Assembly: GCA_965208105.1 (NCBI GenBank)
Contig: OZ242318.1
Span: 736,001 to 800,000, forward strand
Direction of reading: 5' to 3'
DNA length: 64,000 nucleotides
Source of the DNA: Candidatus Latescibacterota bacterium
GTDB taxonomy: Bacteria > Latescibacterota > UBA2968 > UBA8231
A program made the position numbers and the translations under genes. The first letter of the stretch is position 1; the number at the start of each line of letters is the position of its first letter. Shown here one piece after another: positions 52,971-62,959 of this stretch. The notes under the pieces were generated by a model. The model was not told the origin of the DNA, ran no database searches, and saw only the letters and a program-made list of their open reading frames with translations.

Positions 52971-54035
52971 ATGGTCTCGACTAAGACCAACCAAACACCC
53001 AACGATGGAGCTGACTTCGTAAGCGGCATTGATTTGGCCCGGATGTTCTACCTTGAAGTTGTGCGCCCACTCATAGAAGGACGATCTCATAGTGCCGCAA
53101 GGCTAGGTTCGGGATCTGATGTCCTCGGTTTTGATACTCCTCGATCCACTGATCATGGCTGGGGACCACGACTACATGTTTTTGTGGCAGCCTCCGAGGC
53201 AGATGCCGTTCGCTCGATTATCGATTCCAGTCTGCCAGATGAGTTTCACGGATGGCCCGTATACTTCGGTTGGGACGAGGTGGCCGTTCAGCACCATGTG
53301 ATCGTTGCACCCCTTGGAGAATGGCTTGAATCGCATCTGGGATTCGATCCGCAAGTGGATATCACGGTCCGGAACTGGCTTACGACACCACAACAATTGC
53401 TGCTGGAGGTGACAGAAGGTGCGGCCTTTCACGATCCCGACGGAGATTTGAAACGGGTTCGAAATAAACTGGAGTGGTATCCAAACGATATTTGGCTATG
53501 GCTCTTGGCTTGTCAGTGGCGTCGGATCGCTCAAGAAGAGGCGTTTGTCGGCCGCGCGGCTGAAGTAGGCGATGAACTCGGTTCACGAATCCTGACAGCC
53601 CGAATCGTACGCGATCTCATGAGACTCTGCTTTCTTTTCGAGCGGCGATATACCCCGTATAGCAAGTGGCTAGGCAGCGCATTCTTAAACCTTGGAATTG
53701 TCTCTGAACTCGCCCCGCATTTGGATGCAGCACTCAAGGCCGCGGACTTTCCTACAAGAGAAACGGCGCTCTGCTCTGCCTATGAGTATATCGCCCGTTG
53801 CCACAATCAACTGAACCTCACCCCTCCCGTCGATCCCGAAACCCGCTTGTTCTTTAAACGTCCTTTTCGAGTGCTCGGAGGAAATCGATTTGCCGAGGCC
53901 TGCTTGGCCGCTATCCAAGACGAGTGGTTGAGAAAGCAACCGCTGGTAGGCAGCGTCGACCAGTTTTCGGACAGCACGGATGTCCTGAGCAGTGCAAACC
54001 GATCTGGGTGTCTTACCAACATCTATGACGACTGA
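52971..54035 (+). CDS. DUF4037 domain (nucleotidyltransferase-like) protein
   Basis: GSGSDVLGFD..S.DHGWGPR, T.G..FHD, QEEAF.GR, Y.PY.KWLG; lower GC than flanks. Confidence 0.8.
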   Translation: MVSTKTNQTPNDGADFVSGIDLARMFYLEVVRPLIEGRSHSAARLGSGSDVLGFDTPRSTDHGWGPRLHVFVAASEADAVRSIIDSSLPDEFHGWPVYFGWDEVAVQHHVIVAPLGEWLESHLGFDPQVDITVRNWLTTPQQLLLEVTEGAAFHDPDGDLKRVRNKLEWYPNDIWLWLLACQWRRIAQEEAFVGRAAEVGDELGSRILTARIVRDLMRLCFLFERRYTPYSKWLGSAFLNLGIVSELAPHLDAALKAADFPTRETALCSAYEYIARCHNQLNLTPPVDPETRLFFKRPFRVLGGNRFAEACLAAIQDEWLRKQPLVGSVDQFSDSTDVLSSANRSGCLTNIYDD

Positions 54036-54101
54036 GCTCCTTTTTCTGACATTCTCACTGTCCAATGACATCTGTTGAAGATTTGTCTGTAGGAGGCCAC
54101 C

Positions 54102-54916
54102 TTGCCAGCCCAAATACATATCGGTCCGCAGAATGGCTCCCTGGTCCTTGCCGGCGGCGGGGAGCTCGGTGAGATCTATCGTAAATTCGTTGCCTTGGCC
54201 GGAGGCAGCAGCGCACCCATAGCCCTCGTGCCCACCGCGGCCGAAAGAGACTACTCCGGCCTGTACGCGCCGGATATGGAGGCGTTCATGCAGGCTGGAG
54301 CGCACAATCTCAACTTGCTGCATACCCGGGACAGAGAGGTCGCGGACTCTGAGAAATTCTCGTCCAGGCTTCGAGACGCTCAAGGTGTGTGGTTCTCGGG
54401 GGGGAGACACTGGCGGGTTACTGATGCGTATCTGAACACCCGGACCCACGATGCACTATTCGCTCTGCTCGACCGAGGCGGCGCAATCGGCGCTCCTCCG
54501 CCGGAGCTACTCTGCAGGGCACATTCATGATCAGAGGGGATATCAGTGGCGCTGAGATCGTCATTGGCGACCACGTTAAAGGGTTTGGGTTTCTTCGCAA
54601 TGTATCAATCGACCAGCATCACCTGGTCCGCAACCGCCATTATGACATGCTGGAGGTAGTTGAGGCCCATCCCGAGCTACTTGGCATTGGGATAGACGAG
54701 GGCACGGCAATTGTGGTTCAGGGCGATGAGTTCGAGGTTCTTGGGAAAAGCTATGTCGCCATCTATGACAACCAGCGGACTTTCGGACGAGCAGGGCGGT
54801 TTTACTTTCTTCGCTCGGGTGACCGATACAATATGCACACCAGAGAAATACTGGAACCAGAGGTCAATGTCAGAGGGTTTGATCGGCTACGGAGCGAAAC
54901 CTGGGAGGGCAAATGA
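54102..54916 (+). pseudogene. cyanophycinase / peptidase S51, frameshifted
   Basis: L.LAGGG, PTA, WFSGG, IDQH..RNR, GIDEGT. A 1-nt deletion near 54492 breaks the GGSSAG nucleophile motif. Confidence 0.8.
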
Positions 54917-55027
54917 CCGCGCTTGCGGACAGGTCCCTGGCTTCGAAACGAGATGCGACGTCCACTTGCCCGTCCAATGCCAAGCACAGAACCTCGTAAA
55001 GTCGTTCATAGCCCGACAACCCCTTGT

Positions 55028-56665
55028 CTAGCCCTTGTAGTTAACAAATAGCTGTACCGCGTCCAGGACGAGGGGTGTCTGCATGGATTCATCCCGCTTC
55101 CTCACCACTATCTCAACCCTGTTCTCCCCCCTGTGGACCTGAGAGGGTCTTGGCTGGCACTCCAGCCACTGTCCCCCCGAGTGTGCCTGCGGAGGGCCGG
55201 CTGGCTCGAGGCCGTCGAGAGGTTCATTATTGAGTTTCACATCCAAGTCGTCATTGCTCGTGAACTCCCAGAGGTGGAGACGAAACCGCAGCTCGGGGGC
55301 ATTGCCGGACGCCACATCCTCGCCCACTTGAAAATGGATGCTGACGGGTCCTCCTTGCTTCAGCTCCATTTCGTGCACGTCATTGAAGCTGGAGCCACCC
55401 CCGAACCGGTCCACGCCGAATATCTTGTCCTTGCCAGCCATAGTTGCGGGATCTCCGATCTCGTTCCAAATGCCTTGCTGGGCGAAAAAGGCGTTGAAGG
55501 TGTAGATACCGTCCGCGTCGGCGTTGAACAGGTTCGTCGCCGCAGCCCGCCATGCCGCCATGGTTCCTTCCCACGAATTGAACGTCACCGCGTATGATGG
55601 CCTGTTCCTGCGCGCAGGCTGTCCGCCGTACAGGGTGCCCACCCACGACTCAAATCTCCGGTGGTCTTCCGCCCCCTGATCGAGAAAAGCCCAATGGTTC
55701 CAGAAACTCCACTCGATACAGGGATACACCGGTACTTCGTATTTGTGCCCCAGGTCCACGATCTCCTTGAACGACTCCGTCATTTCAGACTCGTAGTAAC
55801 CGCCTGCAATCAAAATGTCGACAAGGTCTTCCTGCAGCCATGTTTCCAGGTCCAACCCGACGAAACGCGCGTCCGGAAGATTGAACGGTACGCGCGCCGC
55901 CAGCAACACCGGGCGCCCTCTTTGCCGACCTGTTTCGTCTGCCATCCTCCTCAGTCGCCGCACCAGGTCTGTCATCATGTCCAGGTGCTGCTGCTCCACG
56001 GCAAGCCAGTCCAGCGTCTCGCGGAAATACGGGAATCTTTTGAAGAAATCCATTTCTATCCCATCCACGTCGTAGTTCTGGACTACCTCCCGGATCAACG
56101 AGAATATGTGCTCCCGCACCTGTTCATAGCTGAAGTCAAGGTAGGACCAGTATTTATTGTGCGCCTTTCCCTCAATCCAGTCCCCGGGGTCACCCATCAC
56201 ATATTCCGGATGTGCCCGCTTGAAGTGGTCGAGAGGGAATGTCCATCTACGCGAACCCTCGGGAAAGGAATCGGCCGCGTCGTTCATGCGCAACGACCAG
56301 AATACCTCCAGGTCATTCTCGTGGCAGAAATCTGTCTGAAGCCGCAGGTTGTCTCTTCCATAGGTCTCCACGAGCTCCTGCGGTACTCCTTTTCCGTAGA
56401 ACCCGCCCAATTTCGTGTGGTGCGAGAACATGACCCCGGCCATGCAACTGCAGTACCAGATACTGTCCACCTGCGTCCCAACCAGCGGCCTGCTGCGGGC
56501 ATTGAGAAAGTCATCGATCAGCTCGCCCCCGCTGCGCGCGAACAGCTTTTCTTCGAGATCATGACGACGTTCCACTCCGGTCCACGCCTCTCTCACGTCG
56601 TTTCCATCATTGTTGTAAATGATACGGCGCTTGCGCCAACGCGCGGCTCTCCTGTCATCGTCCAC
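55028..56665 (-). CDS. glycoside-hydrolase-like TIM-barrel protein (GHL10-related)
   Basis: IIYNNDG, SLRMND, LDFSYEQVR, YDVDGIEMDF, DGIYTFN; GTG start after AGGAGG. Confidence 0.65.
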   Translation of the reverse strand: MDDDRRAARWRKRRIIYNNDGNDVREAWTGVERRHDLEEKLFARSGGELIDDFLNARSRPLVGTQVDSIWYCSCMAGVMFSHHTKLGGFYGKGVPQELVETYGRDNLRLQTDFCHENDLEVFWSLRMNDAADSFPEGSRRWTFPLDHFKRAHPEYVMGDPGDWIEGKAHNKYWSYLDFSYEQVREHIFSLIREVVQNYDVDGIEMDFFKRFPYFRETLDWLAVEQQHLDMMTDLVRRLRRMADETGRQRGRPVLLAARVPFNLPDARFVGLDLETWLQEDLVDILIAGGYYESEMTESFKEIVDLGHKYEVPVYPCIEWSFWNHWAFLDQGAEDHRRFESWVGTLYGGQPARRNRPSYAVTFNSWEGTMAAWRAAATNLFNADADGIYTFNAFFAQQGIWNEIGDPATMAGKDKIFGVDRFGGGSSFNDVHEMELKQGGPVSIHFQVGEDVASGNAPELRFRLHLWEFTSNDDLDVKLNNEPLDGLEPAGPPQAHSGGQWLECQPRPSQVHRGENRVEIVVRKRDESMQTPLVLDAVQLFVNYKG

Positions 56666-57120
56666 CGGGTTCCTCCTTTTGTGCGGAATCGCCGCGCCCA
56701 TCTGCCGCAAAAACGCCGGGCAACAGACGCGGCCAGCCTTGCCGTAACCAGCGATAAGGTGCCCTATAATTACTAAAGCCCTATCAGCTGATCAAGACCC
56801 AACGGGATGGCACGTTTCTATTACTCTGCGATGGCCATAGCAGATTCCTTTCAGTGAGCAAGGCCGCTCCCGTCACGTCGCGAAGGTCTGCGACCAGAAC
56901 CGGGTGCTCCGGGCACGCCATCCGGCCGGCACGTTCCAACTGTAGAGCTGGACTTTCAGGCCGCGGCGGTCCGGCCCCACCCTGGCCTCCCATACCTGCC
57001 GCTCTCCGTCGCTGACCTCCAGGTCAGTCCGGTAGGTGAATGAACCCTGGGAATTCGTCCGTCGATAGCTCATCGAGCCTTGATCCTCCCCCAGGATGTC
57101 GGTTCAACGTTGGTGTTGAA

Positions 57121-57810
57121 CTAGAAGATACTCCCGTCCAAGGGAGGCTGTCCGCTGTCCGGCACATAATCCCGGAACGCGCCCTTCGAGACCTGTACCG
57201 CCTTTTTCTGATTGAACCTCTCTATCTCCTTGATCGGCAGGTCCGTATCCGGGACGTCCAGAAGCTTCCAGTCCACGGCTCCCTCCAGGTATTCGCCCGA
57301 CAGCGCCACCTCCAACTCGGCAATGTCCGCCCCTTCCTTCTTCACCCACTCGCTCCCGGTGTGGCGCCAGTAGAACTCCTTGGTCAGGGCGCCGTTCTTG
57401 CCAGTGACTCCGAACACGTAGTCCGGGCGGAATTCGCTCCACGGCGGCTGCGGCGCGCCGTAGGTGGCAGCCACCGACGTGTCGAAGAACAGCTCCACCG
57501 TGGTCTCCTCCGAGCCATTAAAGGGCGGGGCCAGAAAATCGAAGAGGAAGGCGAACAGGGTGTCCGGTGCTTCGTTTATCCCGTTTAGGTGGAAGGGGCA
57601 GGAGCCGCAGAATTCGAAGCCTCGAAGGTCAACGGTGCTGTTGGTGACGGGGATCACGTCGTGACGCCCGTCGTAACGACCCGGACCTCCGCCCCAATCC
57701 TCCGGGTCTCCGTCCACGACGAAATTCACTGCGTCCTGAGCCAAAGCCGAACCCATTAAAATCAAGGCAAGCAAAGCGGTCAGCATGAGTTGAAGCTTCT
57801 TTGTTGGCAT
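57121..57810 (-). CDS. secreted hypothetical protein (DOMON/CBM9-like start VDGDPEDW)
   Basis: GGAGG SD; signal peptide ending ALA; VDG..EDW. Confidence 0.6.
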   Translation of the reverse strand: MPTKKLQLMLTALLALILMGSALAQDAVNFVVDGDPEDWGGGPGRYDGRHDVIPVTNSTVDLRGFEFCGSCPFHLNGINEAPDTLFAFLFDFLAPPFNGSEETTVELFFDTSVAATYGAPQPPWSEFRPDYVFGVTGKNGALTKEFYWRHTGSEWVKKEGADIAELEVALSGEYLEGAVDWKLLDVPDTDLPIKEIERFNQKKAVQVSKGAFRDYVPDSGQPPLDGSIF

Positions 57811-58028
57811 CGGTGTCCTCCCTTGTTAGGGAGTGAATAATACAATTGGAAATTGGGGGAAAGGATAAATAATTATGAATTGCTTGAGGAGTCGACCGCG
57901 GCCTCCCGCGCTACGCCGTGAGCCTTAAGCAGGAGTGCGCCCTCAATATCAGGTCGACCTCTGAAACGCGACAAATCCTTTAAATCGTTGCCCGGTGCGA
58001 AGACCAGCGATTCATCAGGGACCTGCCT

Positions 58029-58073
58029 GACCCTTGACAACGGTTTCAGCGAATTGCATAGTACCGATAATCG
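58029..58073 (+). repeat. ~44-bp promoter-like repeat, copy 2
   Basis: gacccTTGACAacggtttcagcgaattgCATAGTaccgataatcg. Confidence 0.75.
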
Positions 58074-58154
58074 CCGGAGAAGAAGGTGCTGTCCGATGCG
58101 CGCAGGCAGTTTCGTGGGATCTGACAGGCGCAGAGCGCTGCCCATGGTGAGAAA

Positions 58155-58976
58155 ATGAGGGCGGAATCAAAAAACGAACGTGAAACTGTCGAAGATATCC
58201 TTCTGCGCCTGCGGATAGACGGATGGTGTGTCGTCGACGGCGTCATTCCCGCAGAGCGCGTCGATATCGTGCGCAATGAGGCCGAGCAGGCCACGGCGAC
58301 GCATGGCGTCAGCCGTACATACGACGGTCTGCGCAGCGCCTGGGGCATTCTCGGGTTGCTGCCTTCGTTCTGGCATTGCCTCGCCGATGACAGGGTATTG
58401 GGCATCGCCGCAACCTGGTTTGGACCCCATGTCCGCATCTCCTACACTAATACCCTGATTACGGAGAAGGGAAACGAACGCGGCGGTTGGCACGCCGACT
58501 GGCCGTACAACCAGGAGAAAGCGGGCCGCATTCCCGCCCCCTATCCCGACTTTCCGGTGCAGCTGTCCAGTCTTTGGATGCTGACCGACTTCACGGTGGA
58601 AAATGGCGGCACCTGGATCGTATCGGGAAGCCATCGCATGTCCGATAACCCCACGGGTTCGCTGAAGATAGATCGTTTCGAACCCTACCCGGCCGAGATG
58701 CAGGTAACGGGCAAGGCGGGCAGCGTCCTGGTCTTCGACAGCCGCCTGTGGCACGCAACCGGCACCAACAACACTGATCGATTGCGAATCGGAGTGGTGG
58801 TGCGCTACGTTCCGTGGTGGCTCAACGTGGAGGTCCTGATGCCGGGCTCGGACCAGCGTAAACAACTCGTGGAGGAAACCGGATCGAAGGAGAACGAAGT
58901 CCCTCCCGTAGCGGCCGAGGTGTACGACAAACTGCCGGCAAAGGTGCAACCGCTGTATCGACACTGGGTTAGATAG
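58155..58976 (+). CDS. phytanoyl-CoA dioxygenase family
   Basis: WHAD, WMLTDFT.ENGGT..SGSH, LWH...N...R. Confidence 0.9.
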   Translation: MRAESKNERETVEDILLRLRIDGWCVVDGVIPAERVDIVRNEAEQATATHGVSRTYDGLRSAWGILGLLPSFWHCLADDRVLGIAATWFGPHVRISYTNTLITEKGNERGGWHADWPYNQEKAGRIPAPYPDFPVQLSSLWMLTDFTVENGGTWIVSGSHRMSDNPTGSLKIDRFEPYPAEMQVTGKAGSVLVFDSRLWHATGTNNTDRLRIGVVVRYVPWWLNVEVLMPGSDQRKQLVEETGSKENEVPPVAAEVYDKLPAKVQPLYRHWVR

Positions 58977-59012
58977 GTATGTTGAACCCCTACCAGGAGT
59001 AGCACGCCCGAT

Positions 59013-60536
59013 ATGGAAAAGCGCGGCGCCATGGTATCTATAACCCGGCACATCGAGAAGGTGCTCGGGGAGAGATCTATCGATCCCGATGAGTTCTCCT
59101 TCGCGGTCCTGTCCGACGTGCACATATGGGAGCGCAAGACAAACTGGACCGACCAGGTATTCCGCGATCTTCTCCAGCGCTGCACCGATGCAGGCGCTGC
59201 GTTTATATTCCTCGCCGGGGATTTCGGCACTCAGCAGACGGAGGCGCCCCGGGGCGCCGGGGTCGCAGGGCTTGGGGATGTGGTTGTGGAGACCATCGGT
59301 TCGGTGTCGAACTGTCCGCCGGTCTTCTTCGGCATCGGCAATCACGAGCTGGACGGCGCCGGCAAACGTCACTGGCTGGAGGCGATCTATCCGAATGTGG
59401 TTACCGGCCTCGAGGGTTCTGGAAACGACAGGTTCATCTATTTTTCATTCAACGTCGGCGCCTGTCACTTCGTCAGTCTGGACAGCCACGGCACGGTTCC
59501 CGGCATGGAGCCGATGCGCATCAAGACGGGAAATTCGCACTTTGCCCGCATTCCCGACGAGCAGTTCGCCTGGCTCGAGCAGGACCTGGAGGCGCATCGG
59601 GGTGAGTTGACCTTCGTGTTCATGCACGAACCTTCCGAGCAGGTCGAACATCAACGCCCCTGGCACATGCTGCAGACCCGCGGCCGGTTGATCGGAACGT
59701 TGCAGCGGTTCCCCCATGTGCGGTGGCTCTTTCACGGCCACACCCATCACTATTCGCAAGTGGAGGGCTACGGTCTGAAGATCTGCCACATGGACTTTCA
59801 AAGCGGTTACCTGGTGCGCATCCGGGATGGCGCCGCTGCGCTCCACGATTTGAACGACGGGCTGACGCGGCCGACCTTTCTCGACCTGGCAGCTCACCAG
59901 CAATCCCGCTGGCTGGAAAGAGCCGGACGTCGCGTCTTCCAGGTGGCACCCGACGGGCCCGAGGTAGAGTTGTCGCTGTTTGCTCGGACAGAAGTGATGA
60001 AAGAGGACGGTCTGGTGAAGTCGCCGGATGGCGGTTCCATGCTGCGCGTCGAATCACCGGTTGCGGTCCCTGGGGAAGAAGGTCCGGACCGGGTCGGATT
60101 TCTGTCCACGGACTTCATTCTGGATATCAAACCCGGCACCACGTTCAGCTACAAGATCTATTTTGACCCGGAGTCGGCACACGACCATTTTGCCCTGTCG
60201 CCGTTGATCAATACCCGCGATGAGAGCCCGTTTCCGCTCCTGAGGGATCAGAACGGCGTGCTCATCGACACGGAACCGGAACGACTCCTGGAAAGGGAGT
60301 ACCACCTGATGGTCCAGAGCAATGGAAACTTCCGGGCGCCGACCCTGGAAGGGCGGGCCAACGGCCGATGGTACGAGCGGGTGTGCGATCTGTCTTCGCT
60401 GGCAGGGGGTTGGGTGGTGGGGGTGGTGGCAAGCGCCACGCCGCCACCTGAAAACAGTTATGCGGAAGGTGTCTTGAGGTTCTACCTGAGCTCAATAGAG
60501 ATCTCGACGCCGACCGAGGCCACTACTTCAGGATAA
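59013..60536 (+). CDS. calcineurin-like metallophosphoesterase with C-terminal beta domain
   Basis: DVH, GD, GNHE, MH, GHTH motifs. Confidence 0.85.
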   Translation: MEKRGAMVSITRHIEKVLGERSIDPDEFSFAVLSDVHIWERKTNWTDQVFRDLLQRCTDAGAAFIFLAGDFGTQQTEAPRGAGVAGLGDVVVETIGSVSNCPPVFFGIGNHELDGAGKRHWLEAIYPNVVTGLEGSGNDRFIYFSFNVGACHFVSLDSHGTVPGMEPMRIKTGNSHFARIPDEQFAWLEQDLEAHRGELTFVFMHEPSEQVEHQRPWHMLQTRGRLIGTLQRFPHVRWLFHGHTHHYSQVEGYGLKICHMDFQSGYLVRIRDGAAALHDLNDGLTRPTFLDLAAHQQSRWLERAGRRVFQVAPDGPEVELSLFARTEVMKEDGLVKSPDGGSMLRVESPVAVPGEEGPDRVGFLSTDFILDIKPGTTFSYKIYFDPESAHDHFALSPLINTRDESPFPLLRDQNGVLIDTEPERLLEREYHLMVQSNGNFRAPTLEGRANGRWYERVCDLSSLAGGWVVGVVASATPPPENSYAEGVLRFYLSSIEISTPTEATTSG

Positions 60537-61764
60537 ATGAACTGGCGGCCATGTGGCGGGTGCCGCCGAAGTTGTTGCCGTCCTCCTCCATGAAGTAATA
60601 GGCGGCGAAGATGCGGCCGTCGTCCAACTCTGTGCCCACCACGTATCCCAGATCCCAATCGCTGGCATCCCCGCGAATTACGGCCTCTGCCGACCAGGTA
60701 TCTCCCTGATCCTCGCTCACGATCACGCCGATTCCGCCCGGAAGCTGCCGGCGATCGAACAGCACCGCGATGCGCCCGTCCCTCAGCAACAGCGGCCAGC
60801 AGGAGCGATAACGCGGACCGGACCGGGCCCCGGACCAGATCGGGTCGCGGCTCAACTTCGTCCACGGAGACTGCCCCCACCCTACGATCGATTGCGGCTC
60901 GCTCCAGGTGTAACCTCCGTCGTCCGAGTGGTTCAGGTGAAGTGCCGTTCGCACGCCGCCGTTGTTCAGGGCGTAACATTGGAGACGGCCGGAGGGCAAG
61001 ACCAGCAGGTTGGCGTAGACCGGCCGTCCGTGGCCGGTGGTATCGCGCATCACCTCGCTCACGTAGTGCCAGGTGAGCCCGTTGTCGTCGGAACCGTAGA
61101 GAACGGTAACACTCTGATCGAGCCGTTCGAGTTGCGAGCGGGGTACCGAACCTCCGGTGTTGCGGTTGTCCGCAGTCGCGGGTACCAGTACGGTACCGTC
61201 TTCGAACCTGGCCACAGGATAGCAGTCGGCGTGAACGTAGCTGTAACCCAGCGGTGGGTTTATCCGAGAGGCGGGCGATGTTTCCCAGGTGCGGCCCCGG
61301 TCACCCGAGCGCCAGGCCAGGCATTCCATGGTGGGCTCTCCGTCCTCGTTCTCTCTTCCCGTCATCGGCCGCCCGAAGTAGATCGCCGAGTCCGCGCTGA
61401 TCAAATCGATTTCCTCGCGCACCTCCCCCGGATCATCGCACTTCCACAGCACCTTTCGATGTGCCTCCAGCGGTCGATCGTAGTCCCACACCACCACCTC
61501 GTTTTCCTTCTCCCAGGTCGCGCCATGGTCGAGGGAGCGCTGCAAAAGGATCTTGCACCGGCTTTTGTATCCACGGGAATCCCAACCGTGCCTGACGTCT
61601 TCGCGGTTCTCGTAGCTGCAGTCCGCGTGGTGGTGGAGAACCGCAATTTCTCCGCTGCCGAAGTTGTAGATACCACACTGGCGCGGGTGGCCGCAGTAGC
61701 GGTCTTTGCTGTAACAGAGCTTGAGGTGTCGTACATCGGAGACTTCCAAGGGCGCGCGTTTCAT
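60523..61764 (-). CDS. sialidase-like BNR beta-propeller
   Basis: Five S.D.G.TW Asp boxes; DLGY....L.DG...YY end. Confidence 0.8.
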   Translation of the reverse strand: MKRAPLEVSDVRHLKLCYSKDRYCGHPRQCGIYNFGSGEIAVLHHHADCSYENREDVRHGWDSRGYKSRCKILLQRSLDHGATWEKENEVVVWDYDRPLEAHRKVLWKCDDPGEVREEIDLISADSAIYFGRPMTGRENEDGEPTMECLAWRSGDRGRTWETSPASRINPPLGYSYVHADCYPVARFEDGTVLVPATADNRNTGGSVPRSQLERLDQSVTVLYGSDDNGLTWHYVSEVMRDTTGHGRPVYANLLVLPSGRLQCYALNNGGVRTALHLNHSDDGGYTWSEPQSIVGWGQSPWTKLSRDPIWSGARSGPRYRSCWPLLLRDGRIAVLFDRRQLPGGIGVIVSEDQGDTWSAEAVIRGDASDWDLGYVVGTELDDGRIFAAYYFMEEDGNNFGGTRHMAASSFILK

Positions 61765-61818
61765 TGCTCCTCCACGAGAAAGCCGCCTAGGCGAGCCCGG
61801 GACTGGGACCTGGTTTTG

Positions 61819-62709
61819 TTATCCATGGGCTCTCAATCCAGGCCGCTGGTCTTTCTCCGTTATGCGGTGATACTCGGGGATGCTATCGCTTTCGTAAAGT
61901 CTGGTCCAATCGCGGTAATGGTCGGTGGCGACGCGTTCGGGATGGTCTTTGCTGCGCACCAGGAAACCAGGATAGCCGCGCCCCGTGGGTGCGTTTGCAT
62001 CGCTGTAACGCAAATCCAGACTCCAGCGCGCTTTGTCGGTTTGGTTGGGCAAGGAGCGGTGAGCAGTCATCTTGTTGAACAGCAGCACGCCTCCCAAGGG
62101 GACCGGACAGTCGACGATGTCACCCGACTGCAGATCCTCCTCCATGATCCTGGACTCATCCTTGTGTGGAACGATACCCCACCTGTGGCTGCCCGAGATG
62201 ACCTGCATTCCGCCCATCTCCATGGTCACATCCACGAGCGGAATCCAGCAGTTCACCATCGCGGTGTGCTCCGCGTCGCCGGCGAGCAGCGCCCCATCCT
62301 GGTGAAAGGTCCCTGCGGACGATTCCAGAAAGGCCGGCTTCGCCCGCGTATTGAACTGCGGATGGGCAAGGACCTCCGGGCCTATCAGCTGCTCCGCCAG
62401 ATCGACGAGAGCAGGAAGGGTCCACACCTTGAACAGACCGGCGGTTTTGTGCCGTTTGCCGAAGATCACCCTGTAGATGTCATCCGGATCGTCCGCGTCC
62501 TCGCACAGGTAGTGCAACCTGGTCTCGAACGGTTTGTCCAGATGCAGATCGCGCAGGCCGCCGGCGGCGTGTACCTCCCTTGCCTTGGCATCGATGACCT
62601 GTGCCAGTTCCCGGATGAGCGGCTGGAGCTCCCCAACTGGCAGCACGTCGTGCAGAAGCAGGTAGCCTTCGTCGCGGAACTGCCTGGTCTGTGCGGTGGA
62701 TAGTTTCAT
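61819..62709 (-). CDS. phytanoyl-CoA dioxygenase family
   Basis: FHQD, WIPLVD....GGM.V.SGSH, HRSLPN...RWS.DLRY. Confidence 0.9.
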   Translation of the reverse strand: MKLSTAQTRQFRDEGYLLLHDVLPVGELQPLIRELAQVIDAKAREVHAAGGLRDLHLDKPFETRLHYLCEDADDPDDIYRVIFGKRHKTAGLFKVWTLPALVDLAEQLIGPEVLAHPQFNTRAKPAFLESSAGTFHQDGALLAGDAEHTAMVNCWIPLVDVTMEMGGMQVISGSHRWGIVPHKDESRIMEEDLQSGDIVDCPVPLGGVLLFNKMTAHRSLPNQTDKARWSLDLRYSDANAPTGRGYPGFLVRSKDHPERVATDHYRDWTRLYESDSIPEYHRITEKDQRPGLRAHG

Positions 62710-62959
62710 CGTGTATTCTCCTGCTTGTCGCTTGCGGTGGAGAAGCGCAGCCCACATTGGGGCCCGCCAGGTCCTTACAAAACAGTAACCTATAAACCCG
62801 CGGTGTCCATACCCGTGGACCTGGCCGGCGCCGCTCACCACGACCACGTGCGATCCATCCAGCGCGGGCCCTGCTTGACCAGACAGGCGACATTGCGGTT
62901 TATTTCACCGGAACATCCCTACTGACCCTGGCACGACGCCTGTCGACGGGTGCTGAAAG

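Noticed and set aside
56873-57073. 66-aa minus-strand ORF
   Set aside because: Reads like a protein fragment but has no SD or recognisable family, so it was not called.
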